Origin: an uncultured Desulfovibrio sp.
Lineage (GTDB): Bacteria > Desulfobacterota > Desulfovibrionia > Desulfovibrionales > Desulfovibrionaceae
Assembly (NCBI RefSeq): GCF_910584445.1
Contig: NZ_CAJUBO010000006.1
Coordinates: 42,240 to 106,239, forward strand
Direction: 5' to 3'
Length of the DNA: 64,000 bases
The position numbers and the translations under genes are program-made. The notes beneath the pieces were generated by a model. It was not told where the DNA came from. It saw nothing but the letters and a program-made list of their open reading frames with translations, and did no database searches. Shown one piece after another: positions 18,152-29,143 of this stretch; position 1 is the first letter of the stretch, and every line of letters begins with the position of its first letter.

Positions 18152-18397
18152 ATGAGCGAGCTTATCAGCCTGCGGCAGATGAAAATAGGCCAGCACGGCA
18201 AGATCGCCCGGGTGGAGGCATGCGGCGAGGTCAATCAGCGCATCCGCGACATGGGGCTTATCCCCGGCGCGAAAGTGTCCGTCGTGGGGCGCGCGCCCCT
18301 CAAGGACCCCGTGGCCCTGCGGCTTTCCGGCGTGACCATCTCCCTGCGCAACCGGGAGGCGGATCACATCACGGTGGAAATAGCGGACCACGCCTGA
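18152..18397 (+). CDS. feoA: FeoA family protein
   Basis: 81 aa: LRQMKIGQHGKIARV...IRDMGLIPGAKVSVV. AAGGAG RBS. Confidence 0.85.
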   Translation: MSELISLRQMKIGQHGKIARVEACGEVNQRIRDMGLIPGAKVSVVGRAPLKDPVALRLSGVTISLRNREADHITVEIADHA

Positions 18398-18400
18398 AAG

Positions 18401-18430
18401 GGCGCGGGGCGGAGATCCGCGCCATTTTCT
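18401..18430 (+). terminator. Rho-independent terminator after feoA
   Basis: GGCGCGG-ggcggagat-CCGCGCC followed by ATTTTCT. Confidence 0.55.
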
Positions 18431-18572
18431 CCCGCGGGCGACGCTCCCGTGCCGTTTTTTGCCGTCATGAAACGCGCCCGTTGCGGCAGTCCGCCATGCA
18501 AGGCCCGGGGCACCGCCGTTGCGGCGCCCTTCCCCCGAAGACCGCGGGACATCCGGCAACGACGCCGCCCTT

Positions 18573-19796
18573 TCAGCACTCCGGCGGCTTCTTCCCCACG
18601 CTCTGCCGCCAGACAACAGGGTCCGTGGCGCCTTCGGTACTGATAAGCAGGATCCGCGCCTCAGGACCCAGGCCGAGCGCCGCTCCGCCTGCGGAGCCGT
18701 CGTTTTCCCTCAGCCATTCCAAAAGGCCCGCCCCCACCGCGCCGGACTCTCCGGAAATCACGGCCGGGTCGCTGCCCGCCGGCAGCGCGAGCAGCCGCAT
18801 GCCCCGCCGTGCCGTGTCGTCAGGGCAGACACAGGCGGCCGCAAGTCCATCGCGAAGGACGGGCCAGGCGAGGCTGCTCACCTCGCCACAGGAAAGCCCG
18901 GCCATGAGCGTCGCCAGCCGGCCCGGGACCCGGCGCGGCGCCCCGGCCGCCAGCGACCGGCAAACGCAATCCGCCGCCCGGGGTTCCATGCTCACGAAAC
19001 GCGGAATCGGCACGCCGCGTTCCCGCAGCGCCTGGCGGAAACAGCCGATCATGGCAGCCGCGAACGAGCCGACGCCCGCCTGCAAAAAGACATGGGTCGG
19101 CCACAGGGGCGCGCCGCCGTTTTCCGGCGCCTCCATCTGTTCCAGGACTTCCAGCGCCAGGGTGCCATACCCTTCCATGATCCAGGCCGGAATTTCCTCA
19201 TAGCCTTCCCAGGCCGTGTCCTGCACCAGAATAGCGCCGCTTCCCCGGGCATGGGCCGCCGCATGGCGCACCGCATCGTCATAGGGAAGATCCGTGACCA
19301 CGCATTGGGCGCCCTGCGCGCGGATGGACTCCACCCGGCTCCCGGCCGCACCTTCCGGCATGAAAATCTGCGCCGTGTGCCCCAGCAGGCGCGCCGCCCA
19401 GGCAAGGCCGCGCCCGTGGTTGCCATCCGTGGCCGTGACAAAGGTCAGTTTTCCTGGCAGGTTCCGCGCGGCAGCCGTCAGCAGGTTCTCCAGAGAAAGC
19501 TCCCGCAGCGGGATGCCCAACCGCCGCGCCAGCACGCGGGCCACGGCCCACACGGACCCCAGGCCCTTGAACGCGCCAAGGCCGAAACGCGGGGATTCAT
19601 CCTTGACGAGCACGCTCCCCACGCCAAGCCGCCGCGCCAGTTCCGGGAGCATTCGCAACGGCGTGGGCGCATATGCCGGCAGCGTGACATGGAAGCGACG
19701 CGCCAGACGGGCGGCGGCAAGGACATCCCCCGCCGGGACATCCGGCCGCCGGAAGTGATTGATGAAGACCTCCACCGGGCGTGGCGCATCCCGCAT
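18573..19796 (-). CDS. dpaL: Diaminopropionate ammonia-lyase (PLP-dependent)
   Basis: VKDESPRFGLGAFKGLG (PLP Lys), TATDGNHGRGLAW and QDTAWEGYEEIP. ATG 19796 has a GGGGGAG RBS. Confidence 0.82.
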   Translation of the reverse strand: MRDAPRPVEVFINHFRRPDVPAGDVLAAARLARRFHVTLPAYAPTPLRMLPELARRLGVGSVLVKDESPRFGLGAFKGLGSVWAVARVLARRLGIPLRELSLENLLTAAARNLPGKLTFVTATDGNHGRGLAWAARLLGHTAQIFMPEGAAGSRVESIRAQGAQCVVTDLPYDDAVRHAAAHARGSGAILVQDTAWEGYEEIPAWIMEGYGTLALEVLEQMEAPENGGAPLWPTHVFLQAGVGSFAAAMIGCFRQALRERGVPIPRFVSMEPRAADCVCRSLAAGAPRRVPGRLATLMAGLSCGEVSSLAWPVLRDGLAAACVCPDDTARRGMRLLALPAGSDPAVISGESGAVGAGLLEWLRENDGSAGGAALGLGPEARILLISTEGATDPVVWRQSVGKKPPEC

Positions 19797-19802
19797 CACA
19801 GC

Positions 19803-19943
19803 TCCCCCAGAGCATTTTGCCGAGGAAACTCTCTGTGACACCGAGAGTTTCCGTAAAGCTTTTTTTGAGGGAAAATCTCCATTTTCCCTCACTTCGCTGC
19901 CAGCATTTCGCGTCCGGAACGCGGTCTGGACGCTCATTCGGCG
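19803..19943 (+). repeat. Modular AT-rich hairpin repeat, copy A (5' block, two hairpins, 3' block)
   Basis: TCCCCCAGAGCATTTTGC is identical to the reverse complement of 40846-40863. Hairpins GGAAACTCTC/GAGAGTTTCC and GAGGGAAAAT/ATTTTCCCTC. The 3' block 19903-19943 matches the reverse complement of 40735-40775 with 4 mismatches. Confidence 0.75.
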
Positions 19944-19953
19944 AGGGCGCCGG

Positions 19954-22900
19954 TCAGGCTCTCCGCCCCAGAAGCGCGAGCCGGCGCCCCCGTTCGCGGC
20001 CATAGCGCAGCCGCAGCCAGAGCCTGCGCCCCCGGATGCGGGCGCGGTCCAGGCACAGATAGACCACGGGGGTCGTATAGAGCGTGAGCAACTGGCTCAG
20101 CAAAAGGCCACCCACGATGGCGACGCCCAGCGGGCGCCGGATCTCCGCGCCGTCGCCCTGCCCCAGGGCCAGCGGCACGGCGCCGAGAATGGCCGCGGCG
20201 GTGGTCATCATGATGGGCCGGAAGCGCAGGGCGCACGCCTCGCGGATGGCCGTTTCCGGCAGCAGGTTGCGCGTCCGCTGCGCCTCAAGCGCGAAGTCGA
20301 TCATCATGATGGCATTTTTCTTGACGATGCCCGCCAGCAGCAGCACCCCGATCAGGGCAATGACGCTGAACTCCATGCCGCACGCCATGAGCGCCAGCAG
20401 CGCGCCGCCCCCCGCCGAGGGCAGGGTGGAGAGGATGGTCAGGGGGTGGACAAGGCTCTCGTACAGCATGCCGAGCACGATATAGAGCGCGGCCAGCGCC
20501 GCGAGGATCATGATCACCTGGCCGCGCATGGTGTCGCTGTACATCCTGGCCGTGCCCTGAAAACTGCCCACGATGCCGGAGGGCATGCCGATGCGTACGC
20601 GCGTTTCGGCAATGGCGGCCTGCGCCTGCGAAAGCGAGGCCCCCGGCGCCAGATTGAAGGATATCGTCACCGCCGCGAACTGCCCCTGATGCGCCACGGA
20701 AAGCGGCGCGAAGCCCGGACCCACGCTCGCCACGGCAAGGAGCGGCACAAGGCCCTCCCGGCCGGGCAGGCGCACCTTTTCCAACGCTTCGGCGCCCTGG
20801 AGCCAGTCCGGCCCGTATTCCAGCACCACGCGGTACTGGTTCTTGTCCCGATAAATGGTGGAGACCTGCCGCTGACCAAAGGCGTTGTTGAGCGCCGCGT
20901 CCACATCGCGCATGGTCAGCCCCGCGCGCGCGAGCGCGTCCCGGTTGACGTTGAGCATGGTCTGGAGGCCCCGCTCCTCGATGTCGCTGTCCACATCCTT
21001 GAAAAGCGGCTCGGCGGCCATCGCCTGCTGCAGGCTGCGGCCCCAGCGGCGCAGTTCCTCAAGATCGTCCGCCTGGAGCGTATATTGGTATTGCGAGCGG
21101 GAGCTGCGGCCGCCCATCATGATGTCCTGCGCCGGCCGCAGGAAAATCCGCAGGCCAGGCTCGCCGGAAAGGCGCCCGCGCAGGCGCCCGATGACGGCCT
21201 CGGCGCCGACCTTGCGTTCCTTCAGGGGCTTGAGGGCGATGAAGACGCCGCCGCCCGCCCGCGCGCCGGAAATATGCGCCGAAACCTGCTCCACGGCCGG
21301 GTCCGCGCGGATGACATCGACGAGTTTTGCCAGCTTGCCCTGAATGGACTGGAACGACGCGCTCTGGTCCGCCCGGATGCCCCCCATGATGACGCCCGTG
21401 TCCTGCTGCGGGAAAAAGCCCTTGGGAATGATCACATAGAGCCAGATATTGCCCGCGATGACAAGAAACAGGCACAGGAGCGTCAGGCGCGGATGGCGCA
21501 GGATCACATCCAGGCTCGCCGCATAGGCGCCCTGAAGCCGCGCGAGTCCGGCGCCCCACCAAAGCCCCAGGCGCGTGGACCAGCGCGCGAACGGCCCGAA
21601 CCGCCCCGAGCGCAGGGCCAGAAGTCGCTCCTTGCGCTGTTTCGCCTGCTCGGCAAAGGGGCGCAGCAACCGGGCGCACATCATGGGCGTGGTCGTGAGC
21701 GAAACGAGCATGGACACGAGCACGGCCGCGGTCAGCACCACGGCGAACTCCCGGAACAGGCGCCCCACCACGCCCCCCATGAACACGATGGGCGCAAAGA
21801 CAGCCACCAGCGAAAGCGAGATGGAAATCACGGTGAAGCCCACCTCGCGTGCCCCGCGCAAGGCGGCGCGCAGGGGGCTTTCGCCCAGTTCGAGACGGCG
21901 GACGATATTCTCCAGCACCACAATGGCGTCATCCACCACAAAGCCCGTGGACACAGTGAGCGCCATGAGCGAAAGGTTGTCCAGGCTGTAGCCGCAGAGA
22001 TACATGACGCCAAAGGTGGCAATGAGCGAAACAGGCGCCGCCACCGCAGGAATGGCCGTGGCGCGCACATTGCGGAGAAAGAGGAACGTGACGAGCACCA
22101 CCAGGCCCATGGCGAGCATGAGGCTTTTCTCCACCTCGCGCAGGGAGGCGCGGATGGTCAGGGAGCGGTCCATACGCAGGGAAAGGTCCGCGCTTTCAGG
22201 GAGCCACGCGCGCAACTGCGGCAACATGGCCTTCACCCTGTCCACGGTCTCGATGATATTGGCGCCGGGCGACCGGAAAACGATGAGCAGGATGGCCGGC
22301 TTGCCGTTGGCAACGGCCATGTTGCGCACATCCTGGGACGAATCCTCCACGCGGGCCACATCCCCGAGGCGGATGGCGCCGCCCTCCCGCTGGGCCACGA
22401 TAAGCGGCCGATAGTCCGCGGCGTCGCGCAACTGGTCGCTGGCGCCCACCAGCCAGGAGTGGGCGTCGTTTTCCAGCATGCCCTTGGGCAAAAAGGCATT
22501 GGCGCCCGCAAGCGTCCTGCGGATATCCTCCATGCTCAGGCCGAGGCGGGACACGGCATCCGGTATGGACTCCACGCGCACGGCGGGGAGCGCGCCGCCG
22601 CCCACCGTGACCTCGCCCACGCCCGGGATCTGGGAAATTTTCTGGGCGAGCACCGTGGATGCCGCGTCATACAGCTGGGCGCGGGTGAGCACATCCGACG
22701 TGATGGAAAGGATCATGATGGGCGCGCCCGCCGGATTCACCTTGCGGTAGGAGGGGTTGGACGGCATGGTCGGCAACGTGGAGCGCGCGGCGTTGATGGC
22801 CGCCTGCACGTCACGCGCCGCGCCGTCGATGTCCCTGTCCAGATCGAATTGCAGGACCACGTTGCTGGAACCCAGGCTGCTGGACGAGGTCATCTCCGTA

Positions 22901-23226
22901 ACGCCCGCGATGCGCCCCAGGGCGCGCTCCAGCGGGGTGGCAACGGTGGCGGCCATGGTCTCCGGCCCGGCGCCGGGCATGCGCGCGCGGGCCACCACCA
23001 CGGGAAAATCCACTTCCGGCAGGGGCGCCACGGGCAAAAGCCCGAACGAGACCATGCCCGCCAGGGCCACGGCAATGGTGAGCAGGGTGGTGGCTACCGG
23101 CCTGCGGATAAAGGGCGCGGAAATGTTCAGCGGCAAAAATTCCGGCCCGAAACGGCGCCGCCGGGCATGGGCGCCTTCGCCGCCGGAGGGCGCCGCCGGC
23201 CGTGGCCCGTGGTCCGGCCCGTTCAT
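19954..23226 (-). CDS. mdtC: RND efflux transporter, MdtC-like
   Basis: 1090 aa, 12-TM RND architecture ([12 protein letters not shown]...). ATGA overlap with the upstream RND gene. Confidence 0.85.
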   Translation of the reverse strand: MNGPDHGPRPAAPSGGEGAHARRRRFGPEFLPLNISAPFIRRPVATTLLTIAVALAGMVSFGLLPVAPLPEVDFPVVVARARMPGAGPETMAATVATPLERALGRIAGVTEMTSSSSLGSSNVVLQFDLDRDIDGAARDVQAAINAARSTLPTMPSNPSYRKVNPAGAPIMILSITSDVLTRAQLYDAASTVLAQKISQIPGVGEVTVGGGALPAVRVESIPDAVSRLGLSMEDIRRTLAGANAFLPKGMLENDAHSWLVGASDQLRDAADYRPLIVAQREGGAIRLGDVARVEDSSQDVRNMAVANGKPAILLIVFRSPGANIIETVDRVKAMLPQLRAWLPESADLSLRMDRSLTIRASLREVEKSLMLAMGLVVLVTFLFLRNVRATAIPAVAAPVSLIATFGVMYLCGYSLDNLSLMALTVSTGFVVDDAIVVLENIVRRLELGESPLRAALRGAREVGFTVISISLSLVAVFAPIVFMGGVVGRLFREFAVVLTAAVLVSMLVSLTTTPMMCARLLRPFAEQAKQRKERLLALRSGRFGPFARWSTRLGLWWGAGLARLQGAYAASLDVILRHPRLTLLCLFLVIAGNIWLYVIIPKGFFPQQDTGVIMGGIRADQSASFQSIQGKLAKLVDVIRADPAVEQVSAHISGARAGGGVFIALKPLKERKVGAEAVIGRLRGRLSGEPGLRIFLRPAQDIMMGGRSSRSQYQYTLQADDLEELRRWGRSLQQAMAAEPLFKDVDSDIEERGLQTMLNVNRDALARAGLTMRDVDAALNNAFGQRQVSTIYRDKNQYRVVLEYGPDWLQGAEALEKVRLPGREGLVPLLAVASVGPGFAPLSVAHQGQFAAVTISFNLAPGASLSQAQAAIAETRVRIGMPSGIVGSFQGTARMYSDTMRGQVIMILAALAALYIVLGMLYESLVHPLTILSTLPSAGGGALLALMACGMEFSVIALIGVLLLAGIVKKNAIMMIDFALEAQRTRNLLPETAIREACALRFRPIMMTTAAAILGAVPLALGQGDGAEIRRPLGVAIVGGLLLSQLLTLYTTPVVYLCLDRARIRGRRLWLRLRYGRERGRRLALLGRRA

Positions 23227-26200
23227 GCCCCGCCCCCTTCCTCGGGGGCGCCGGACATGCGCCGGGCGCGCCAGGCGGCGAAGCCCCGGCTCAGGCGGTC
23301 AAACCAGAGATAGATCACCGGAGTGGTGAACAGCGTGAGCGCCTGGCTCACCACAAGGCCGCCCACCATGGTCACGCCCAGCGGGCGCCGCAGCTCCGCG
23401 CCCATGCCCCAGCCGATCATGAGCGGCAAGGCGCCCAGCAGCGCGGCCAGCGTGGTCATGAGGATGGGCCGCAACCGCAGGAGGCAGGCCTGACGGATGG
23501 CGGCTTCCGGCGCCAGACCGCCGCCGCGTTCGGCCTCCAGGGCGAAATCGATCATCATGATGGCATTCTTTTTCACGATGCCGATAAGCAGGATGATGCC
23601 GATGATGCCCACCACGCCAAGCTCCATGTCCGCAAGCATGAGCGCGAGCAGCGCGCCCACCCCGGCCGAGGGCAGCGTGGAGAGGATGGTCAGCGGATGG
23701 ACATAGCTCTCGTAAAGCACGCCCAGCACGATATACATGGTGACAATGGCCGCGAGGATGAGCCAGACCTGGTTGTCCGCCGAGGACAAAAAGGCCCGGG
23801 CCGCGCCCTGAAATTCCGTCCGCAGCGCCGGGGGGAGTCCGAGGCGCTTCTCCGCGCCAAGGACCGCGTCCACGGCGGCGCCCAGGGAGGAGCCGGGCGC
23901 CACGTTGAAGGAAATGGTCGCCACGGGGAACTGCCCCTGCCGGGCGATGGAAAGCGGCACCGGCTTTTCCGAAAGCGTAGCCACGCTCGTGAGCGGCACG
24001 GCCTCGCCGCCGGAGCCGCGGACATGGATATCGCCGAGCGAACCCGGACCCAGGCGGAAGCGCGGGGCCACTTCCAGCACCACCTTGTACTGGTTGGTCT
24101 GGGTGAAGATGGTGGAGACCAGGCGCTGGCCCAGGGCATCGTAAAGGGCGTTGTCGATGTCCGTCATGCTGATGCCGAGGCGCGCGGCCGCGTCACGGTT
24201 GATGTCGAGCCAGGCCATGCGCCCGGGCGCCCTGAGGTCGCTCGTCACATGCGAAAGCTCGGGCAGGGCCGCCAGGGCCGAAGTCATGCGCGGAATCCAT
24301 TCGTCAAGCTGGTCGCGGCTCAGGGCCTCCACGCTGAACTGGTATTGCGTGCGGGACACGCGGTCCTCGATGGTCAGGTCCTGCACAGGCTGGAGATAGA
24401 GCGAAAGCCCCGGCACATGGGCGGCTTCCTCCATGAGCCTGCGCGCGATGGCCGGGGCGCGGGCGTCGCGTTCCGCCAGAGGCGTGAGGGCAATGGTCAG
24501 ACGAGAGGTGGCAAGGCTCTGGTTGATGCCGTCCACGCCCACGAAAAAGACCACGCTCGCCACCGCCGGGTCGCGCAGCAGAAGGTCGGCAAGTTCGCGC
24601 TGACGCCCGGCCATGGCCGCAAAGGAGGTATCCTGCGGGGCCTCGGCAATGCCCTGGATGACGCCCGTGTCCTGCACGGGGAAAAAGCCCTTGGGCACCA
24701 GCGCGTACAGGGCCACGGTCAGCGCCATGGTGCCCAGGGCCACGGCCAGGGTCAGGCGCTGGTGCCGGAGCACCATGTCGAGCTTGCGTTCGTACCAGGC
24801 GAGCAGACGGCGGAAAAAACGGCCCGGTCCTTCGGAACCACGCCCCTCCCGGAGGCCGTGCCGTTCCGGCCGGAGCATGACCGCGCAGAGCATGGGCGTG
24901 AGCGAGAGCGAAATGACCGCCGAAATGAGGATGGTCACGGCCAGCGTGACCGCGAATTCCCGGAAGAGCCTGCCCGCCACATCGCCCATGAAGAGCAGCG
25001 GGATGAGCACCGCCACCAGCGAAATGGTCAGGGAAATGATGGTGAAACCGATCTGGCCGGCGCCGGTGAGCGCGGCCTGAAGGGGGCGTTCCCCGGCTTC
25101 CAGGTACCGGGTGATGTTCTCGATGACCACGATGGCGTCATCCACCACAAAGCCCGTGGCGATGACCAGGGCCATGAGGGTGAGATTGTTCAGGGAATAG
25201 CCCGCAAGGTACATGACGCCCAGCGAACCGACGAGCGAGAGCGGCACCGCCAGCGCGGGAATGAGCGTGGCCTCGGCATTACGCAGAAAAAGCCAGATGA
25301 CGCCGATGACCAGTGCCACGGCGAGCAGAAGCTCCAGCTGGACGTCATGCACCGTGGCGCGGATGGTGACGGTGCGGTCCGTCACCACGCGCACCTGCAC
25401 ATTGCCGGGCAGGGTCTCCTGAAGCCTGGGGAGGAGCCGCGTCACGCTGTCGGCCACGCTGATGACATTGGCGCCGGGCTGGCGCTGGACGGAAAGCACG
25501 ATGGCCGGGCGGAACACATCCGCGCCGTCCCCCGGCCCGCGCGCGGCCACATAGGCGGCCAGACGCGCGTTTTCCGCGCCGTCCACCACCTCGGCCACAT
25601 CCTGGAGGCGCAGCGGCGCGCCCTCCCTGTAGCCGATGATGGTCTGCGCGTATTCCGCCGCCGAGGCAAGCTGGTCATTGGCGTCGATGGTGCTCGCCCG
25701 CTCCGGCCCGTCAAAACTGCCCTTGGCGCCGTTGACATTGGCCTGCGAAATGGCGGAGCGCACATCCGCCAGCGTAAGCCCGGCCGCCGCCAGCGCCTTG
25801 GGATTGGCCTGGATGCGTACCGCCGGGCGCTGACCGCCCGAAAGCGTCACCAGCCCCACGCCGGGCAACTGCGAAATTTTCTGGGCAAGGCGCGTGTCCA
25901 CCAGGTCTTCCAGCCGCGTGAGCGGCATGGCGTCGCTGGTGGCGGCCAGGGTGATGATGGGCGGGTCGGCGGGGTTCACCTTGTTGTAGATGGGCGGATT
26001 GGGCAAGTCGCCGGGCAGCAGGTTGTCCGCGGCGTTGATGGCCGCCTGCACCTCCTGCTCGGCCACATCCAGCGGCACGGAAAGATCGAACTGGAGGGTG
26101 ATGACCGACGCCCCGGCGGAAGAAAGCGAACTCATCTGCACAAGGCCCGGCATGACGCCGAACTGGCGCTCCAGCGGTGCCGTGACCACCGACGCCATGA

Positions 26201-26372
26201 CCTCGGGCGATGCGCCGGGATAGAGGGTCTGCACCTGGATGGTGGGGTAGTCGATCTGCGGCAGGGCCGCCACGGGCAACGAACGGTAGGCCAGCAGACC
26301 GGAAAGCAGAAGCGCCACCATGAGCAGGGAGGTGGCGATGGGGCGAAGGATGAAGAGGCGCGAGAGGTTCAT
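23223..26372 (-). CDS. mdtB: RND efflux transporter, MdtB-like
   Basis: 1049 aa: [18 protein letters not shown]..., paired with a second RND gene as in mdtABC. Confidence 0.85.
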   Translation of the reverse strand: MNLSRLFILRPIATSLLMVALLLSGLLAYRSLPVAALPQIDYPTIQVQTLYPGASPEVMASVVTAPLERQFGVMPGLVQMSSLSSAGASVITLQFDLSVPLDVAEQEVQAAINAADNLLPGDLPNPPIYNKVNPADPPIITLAATSDAMPLTRLEDLVDTRLAQKISQLPGVGLVTLSGGQRPAVRIQANPKALAAAGLTLADVRSAISQANVNGAKGSFDGPERASTIDANDQLASAAEYAQTIIGYREGAPLRLQDVAEVVDGAENARLAAYVAARGPGDGADVFRPAIVLSVQRQPGANVISVADSVTRLLPRLQETLPGNVQVRVVTDRTVTIRATVHDVQLELLLAVALVIGVIWLFLRNAEATLIPALAVPLSLVGSLGVMYLAGYSLNNLTLMALVIATGFVVDDAIVVIENITRYLEAGERPLQAALTGAGQIGFTIISLTISLVAVLIPLLFMGDVAGRLFREFAVTLAVTILISAVISLSLTPMLCAVMLRPERHGLREGRGSEGPGRFFRRLLAWYERKLDMVLRHQRLTLAVALGTMALTVALYALVPKGFFPVQDTGVIQGIAEAPQDTSFAAMAGRQRELADLLLRDPAVASVVFFVGVDGINQSLATSRLTIALTPLAERDARAPAIARRLMEEAAHVPGLSLYLQPVQDLTIEDRVSRTQYQFSVEALSRDQLDEWIPRMTSALAALPELSHVTSDLRAPGRMAWLDINRDAAARLGISMTDIDNALYDALGQRLVSTIFTQTNQYKVVLEVAPRFRLGPGSLGDIHVRGSGGEAVPLTSVATLSEKPVPLSIARQGQFPVATISFNVAPGSSLGAAVDAVLGAEKRLGLPPALRTEFQGAARAFLSSADNQVWLILAAIVTMYIVLGVLYESYVHPLTILSTLPSAGVGALLALMLADMELGVVGIIGIILLIGIVKKNAIMMIDFALEAERGGGLAPEAAIRQACLLRLRPILMTTLAALLGALPLMIGWGMGAELRRPLGVTMVGGLVVSQALTLFTTPVIYLWFDRLSRGFAAWRARRMSGAPEEGGGA

Positions 26373-27688
26373 GGCGCGTCCGCGCCGGCGGAAGCCGCCG
26401 CGCCTTCGGGCGCCCGCGGTGGGTCCGGGGGATCGGCGGCGGGCACATCCCGTGGTCCGTCCGGGCTTTCCGCCGGGGGAGTCTCCATGGTGGCGGCCAC
26501 GCGCACGCGGATGCCGTCGCGCAAACGATCCACGCCGTCCACCACCACCATGTCTCCGGCCGCAAGCCCGCTGTCGATGACCTCAAGCCTGCCCGCCGCA
26601 ATGCCCGGCGCCACCTCGCGCACCACCGCCACATCCGCTTCCTGTCCGTCCCGTTCCTCCTTGCGTACCAGATAGACATAGGTGCCGCGCGCGCCAAGCT
26701 GGACGGCGGCCGCCGGGATGGTGACCGCATCATGCAGGATCCGCACGAGCAGGCGGACATTGACGAACTGGTTCGGATAGAGGCTGCCGTCGGCATTGGC
26801 AAAGCGGGCCTTGAGGCGCACCGTGCCGGTGGCGGTGTCGATCTGGTTGTCGAGCGAAAGCAGCTCGCCCACGCCCAGGAGCCGCTTCTGTTCCCTGTCC
26901 CATGCCTGGACCGTCAGCGGCGGCAGGGCAGGGTCCGCCTCGCGCCTGTGCAGGGCCTGCGTCACCAGGCCCACCTGGCTTTCCGGCAGGGTGAAGAGGA
27001 CATCGCAGGGGCTGACCTCGGTGATGCGCACGATGCCCCCGGCGTCCGAACTTTTCACCTGATTGCCCTCGTCCACGGCGCGCAGGCCGAGCCTGCCGCC
27101 CACAGGAGCGGTGATGCGGCTGTATTCCAGCTGGAGCCGCGCCGAATCCACGGCGGCCTGATCAGCCTCCACCGTGCCTTCGTACTGGCGCACCAGTGCG
27201 CGCTGGCTCTCATGCTGCTGTTCGGCGATGAAGTCGCCCCTGGCAAGGCGCGCATAGCGCGCAAGGTCGCGCCGGGCGTTTTCCAGCTGGGCCTTGTCCC
27301 GGGCAAGATGCCCCTCGGCCTCGTCCAGCGCCGCCCTGAAAGGACGCGGGTCGATTTCGGCCAAGAGGTCGCCGGCGGCCACACGCTGCCCCTCCTGAAA
27401 ATGCAGGCGCAGGAGCTGGCCGTCCACCCGGCTTTTGACAAGCACATCGCTGGAGGGCAGGACCGTCCCCAGGCCATTGAGAAAATGCGGCACATCCTGG
27501 GCCACGGCCACCGCCACCCGCACGGGCGGCGCGTCCGCGCCCATGCCGGGTGCAGAGTCGCGCCCGCCCCCGCACCGCCAGAGCGCAACGAGCGCCGCAA
27601 GCGCGGCAACCAGACACACGCCCCACCAGAAGCGCCTGCGGCGCGCCATTGACAGTATCGGGCGCTGTGTCGGCATCGTCACCGGCAT
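26369..27688 (-). CDS. mdtA: RND periplasmic adaptor (membrane fusion protein), MdtA-like
   Basis: Lipoyl/hairpin/beta-barrel pattern ([10 protein letters not shown]...[13 protein letters not shown]). Start ambiguous (27688, 27676 or 27649). Pro/Ala-rich C-terminal tail. Confidence 0.8.
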   Translation of the reverse strand: MPVTMPTQRPILSMARRRRFWWGVCLVAALAALVALWRCGGGRDSAPGMGADAPPVRVAVAVAQDVPHFLNGLGTVLPSSDVLVKSRVDGQLLRLHFQEGQRVAAGDLLAEIDPRPFRAALDEAEGHLARDKAQLENARRDLARYARLARGDFIAEQQHESQRALVRQYEGTVEADQAAVDSARLQLEYSRITAPVGGRLGLRAVDEGNQVKSSDAGGIVRITEVSPCDVLFTLPESQVGLVTQALHRREADPALPPLTVQAWDREQKRLLGVGELLSLDNQIDTATGTVRLKARFANADGSLYPNQFVNVRLLVRILHDAVTIPAAAVQLGARGTYVYLVRKEERDGQEADVAVVREVAPGIAAGRLEVIDSGLAAGDMVVVDGVDRLRDGIRVRVAATMETPPAESPDGPRDVPAADPPDPPRAPEGAAASAGADAP

Positions 27689-27819
27689 CTCCTGGGAACA
27701 ACGGGGAGGAACGGCACAGGGACCCCGCTGCGCGGCAGCGGGAAAAGGTCGGAAAAATCTGCGGAAGAAAGAAAAGGACGGGGCGCGGCTTCGCACCCCG
27801 TCCGTAGGGCGTTTTCCGA

Positions 27820-28224
27820 TTACTTCAGGATTTCCAGAGCCTTGGCGTCGATTTTCACGTCCTTGCCGAAATCCTTGTCCACTTTGCCCATGATGCGGAC
27901 GGTGTCCTTGGGGGTCACGGTGCGGCCGGCGAACACCTTGCGGTCGATCTCCACGCGCACTTCACCCGTGGAATCCTTGAAGGTGAACTTGTCCTTGCTG
28001 CCCGCCACCTGGGAGACGATATTGCCCGTGAGCACCACCGGGGAATCATCCCCCAGGGTCACGGCTTTGGCTACCGTGTCCGCCATGACGCCGCTCACGG
28101 GGCCTTCAAAGCCACCGGCGGCGGTTTTGGCGCCGGGACCGTCAAAGGCGGCCTGGGCGGGAAGGGCAAGAGCAACAGGCGCCGCAAGGGCGGCGAGAAG
28201 AGCAAGGGAACGCAGATATTTCAT
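27820..28224 (-). CDS. YgiW/YdeI (BOF) family periplasmic OB-fold protein
   Basis: Signal peptide followed by GNIVSQVAGSKDKFTFKDSTGEVRVEID...MGKVDKDFGKDVKIDA. Confidence 0.8.
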   Translation of the reverse strand: MKYLRSLALLAALAAPVALALPAQAAFDGPGAKTAAGGFEGPVSGVMADTVAKAVTLGDDSPVVLTGNIVSQVAGSKDKFTFKDSTGEVRVEIDRKVFAGRTVTPKDTVRIMGKVDKDFGKDVKIDAKALEILK

Positions 28225-28381
28225 GAGAAACCTCCGATAGTTTTTTTCACGAAAGCGCCCGTTGGCGCTTTCATCTCCTTTCTACCGCATTGGAGACCGG
28301 GAGTAAAGCGCCGGCGCCCGAACATTCCGGGCACCGGCGCATTCCGGGAAAACCGGGAAAGGGCCAGGCTCTCCGGCCGCC

Positions 28382-29053
28382 TCACCCCCGGGCGTAGGCA
28401 CCGGGAAGGCGCATGCCGCGCGGCGCCATGGGCGAACCCGCGGGTGCCTGGGCGCCTGCGCCTGCGGCATCCTGGGGAGCGAACTGCTGCACATGGGCGC
28501 GCGACGCCTCGGGCGCGGCGGCCTGCGCCTGGGGCGCGGCGTGCATGGCGTTGCGGCCATAGACAGCCTGGGCATGCATGCGCGGCACGGCCGTGGCGCT
28601 CGTCTGCATGAGGGGCTGCGCGGTCTTGCTCACCGAACCCATGGGCTGCATGCGCCCCGCTATCTCGGCGGCAGCCTTGCGCGCCTCGGGGGTCTCGATG
28701 ATCTGGGCATAGGCGCCGCGCAGGCCGGAAAGGATCTGCACCACGCTGTCCAGAGAATCCACGTTCATCTTGAGGTTGGCCTGGAGCAGGCGCGCCGTGC
28801 AGAGGATATACAGATTGTTGAGATTGACAGCGAGGCTGCCGCCCTTTTCCATGTTCAGGGACGCGGAAAGCTCGTTGACGATATCGATGACCTTGGAGAT
28901 GAGGATGCCCTTGCCCGCGAAATCCTTGGCGAGCATCTTGTCGCGCGCCTGCTGGAGATAGCGGAGCGCGCCGTCATAGAGCATGAGGAGAAGCTGCCCC
29001 TGATCCGTGGTGCTGACCTTGGTCTGAAAATAGGCATTTGCCGCTTTGTTCAT
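28382..29053 (-). CDS. fliS: Flagellar export chaperone FliS with a C-terminal extension
   Basis: AYFQTKVSTTDQGQLLLMLYDGALRYL... FliS core of about 130 aa, plus an Ala/Pro/Gln-rich tail of about 90 aa. Confidence 0.85.
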   Translation of the reverse strand: MNKAANAYFQTKVSTTDQGQLLLMLYDGALRYLQQARDKMLAKDFAGKGILISKVIDIVNELSASLNMEKGGSLAVNLNNLYILCTARLLQANLKMNVDSLDSVVQILSGLRGAYAQIIETPEARKAAAEIAGRMQPMGSVSKTAQPLMQTSATAVPRMHAQAVYGRNAMHAAPQAQAAAPEASRAHVQQFAPQDAAGAGAQAPAGSPMAPRGMRLPGAYARG

Positions 29054-29143
29054 GTGCCGTTCCTCTTCTCGTTCCCGTTGTTGTGTCCGTCACGGCCCGC
29101 CAGCCGCAACGGCCGTCCTGCCGCCCGACCGCACCCGACCGCC

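Noticed and set aside
19759-26675. Two plus-strand ORFs of 1184 and 1157 aa
   Set aside because: Both are antisense to the RND transporter genes. They have an extreme His/Arg/Gly/Ala composition and no RBS or domain signature, so they are shadow ORFs.
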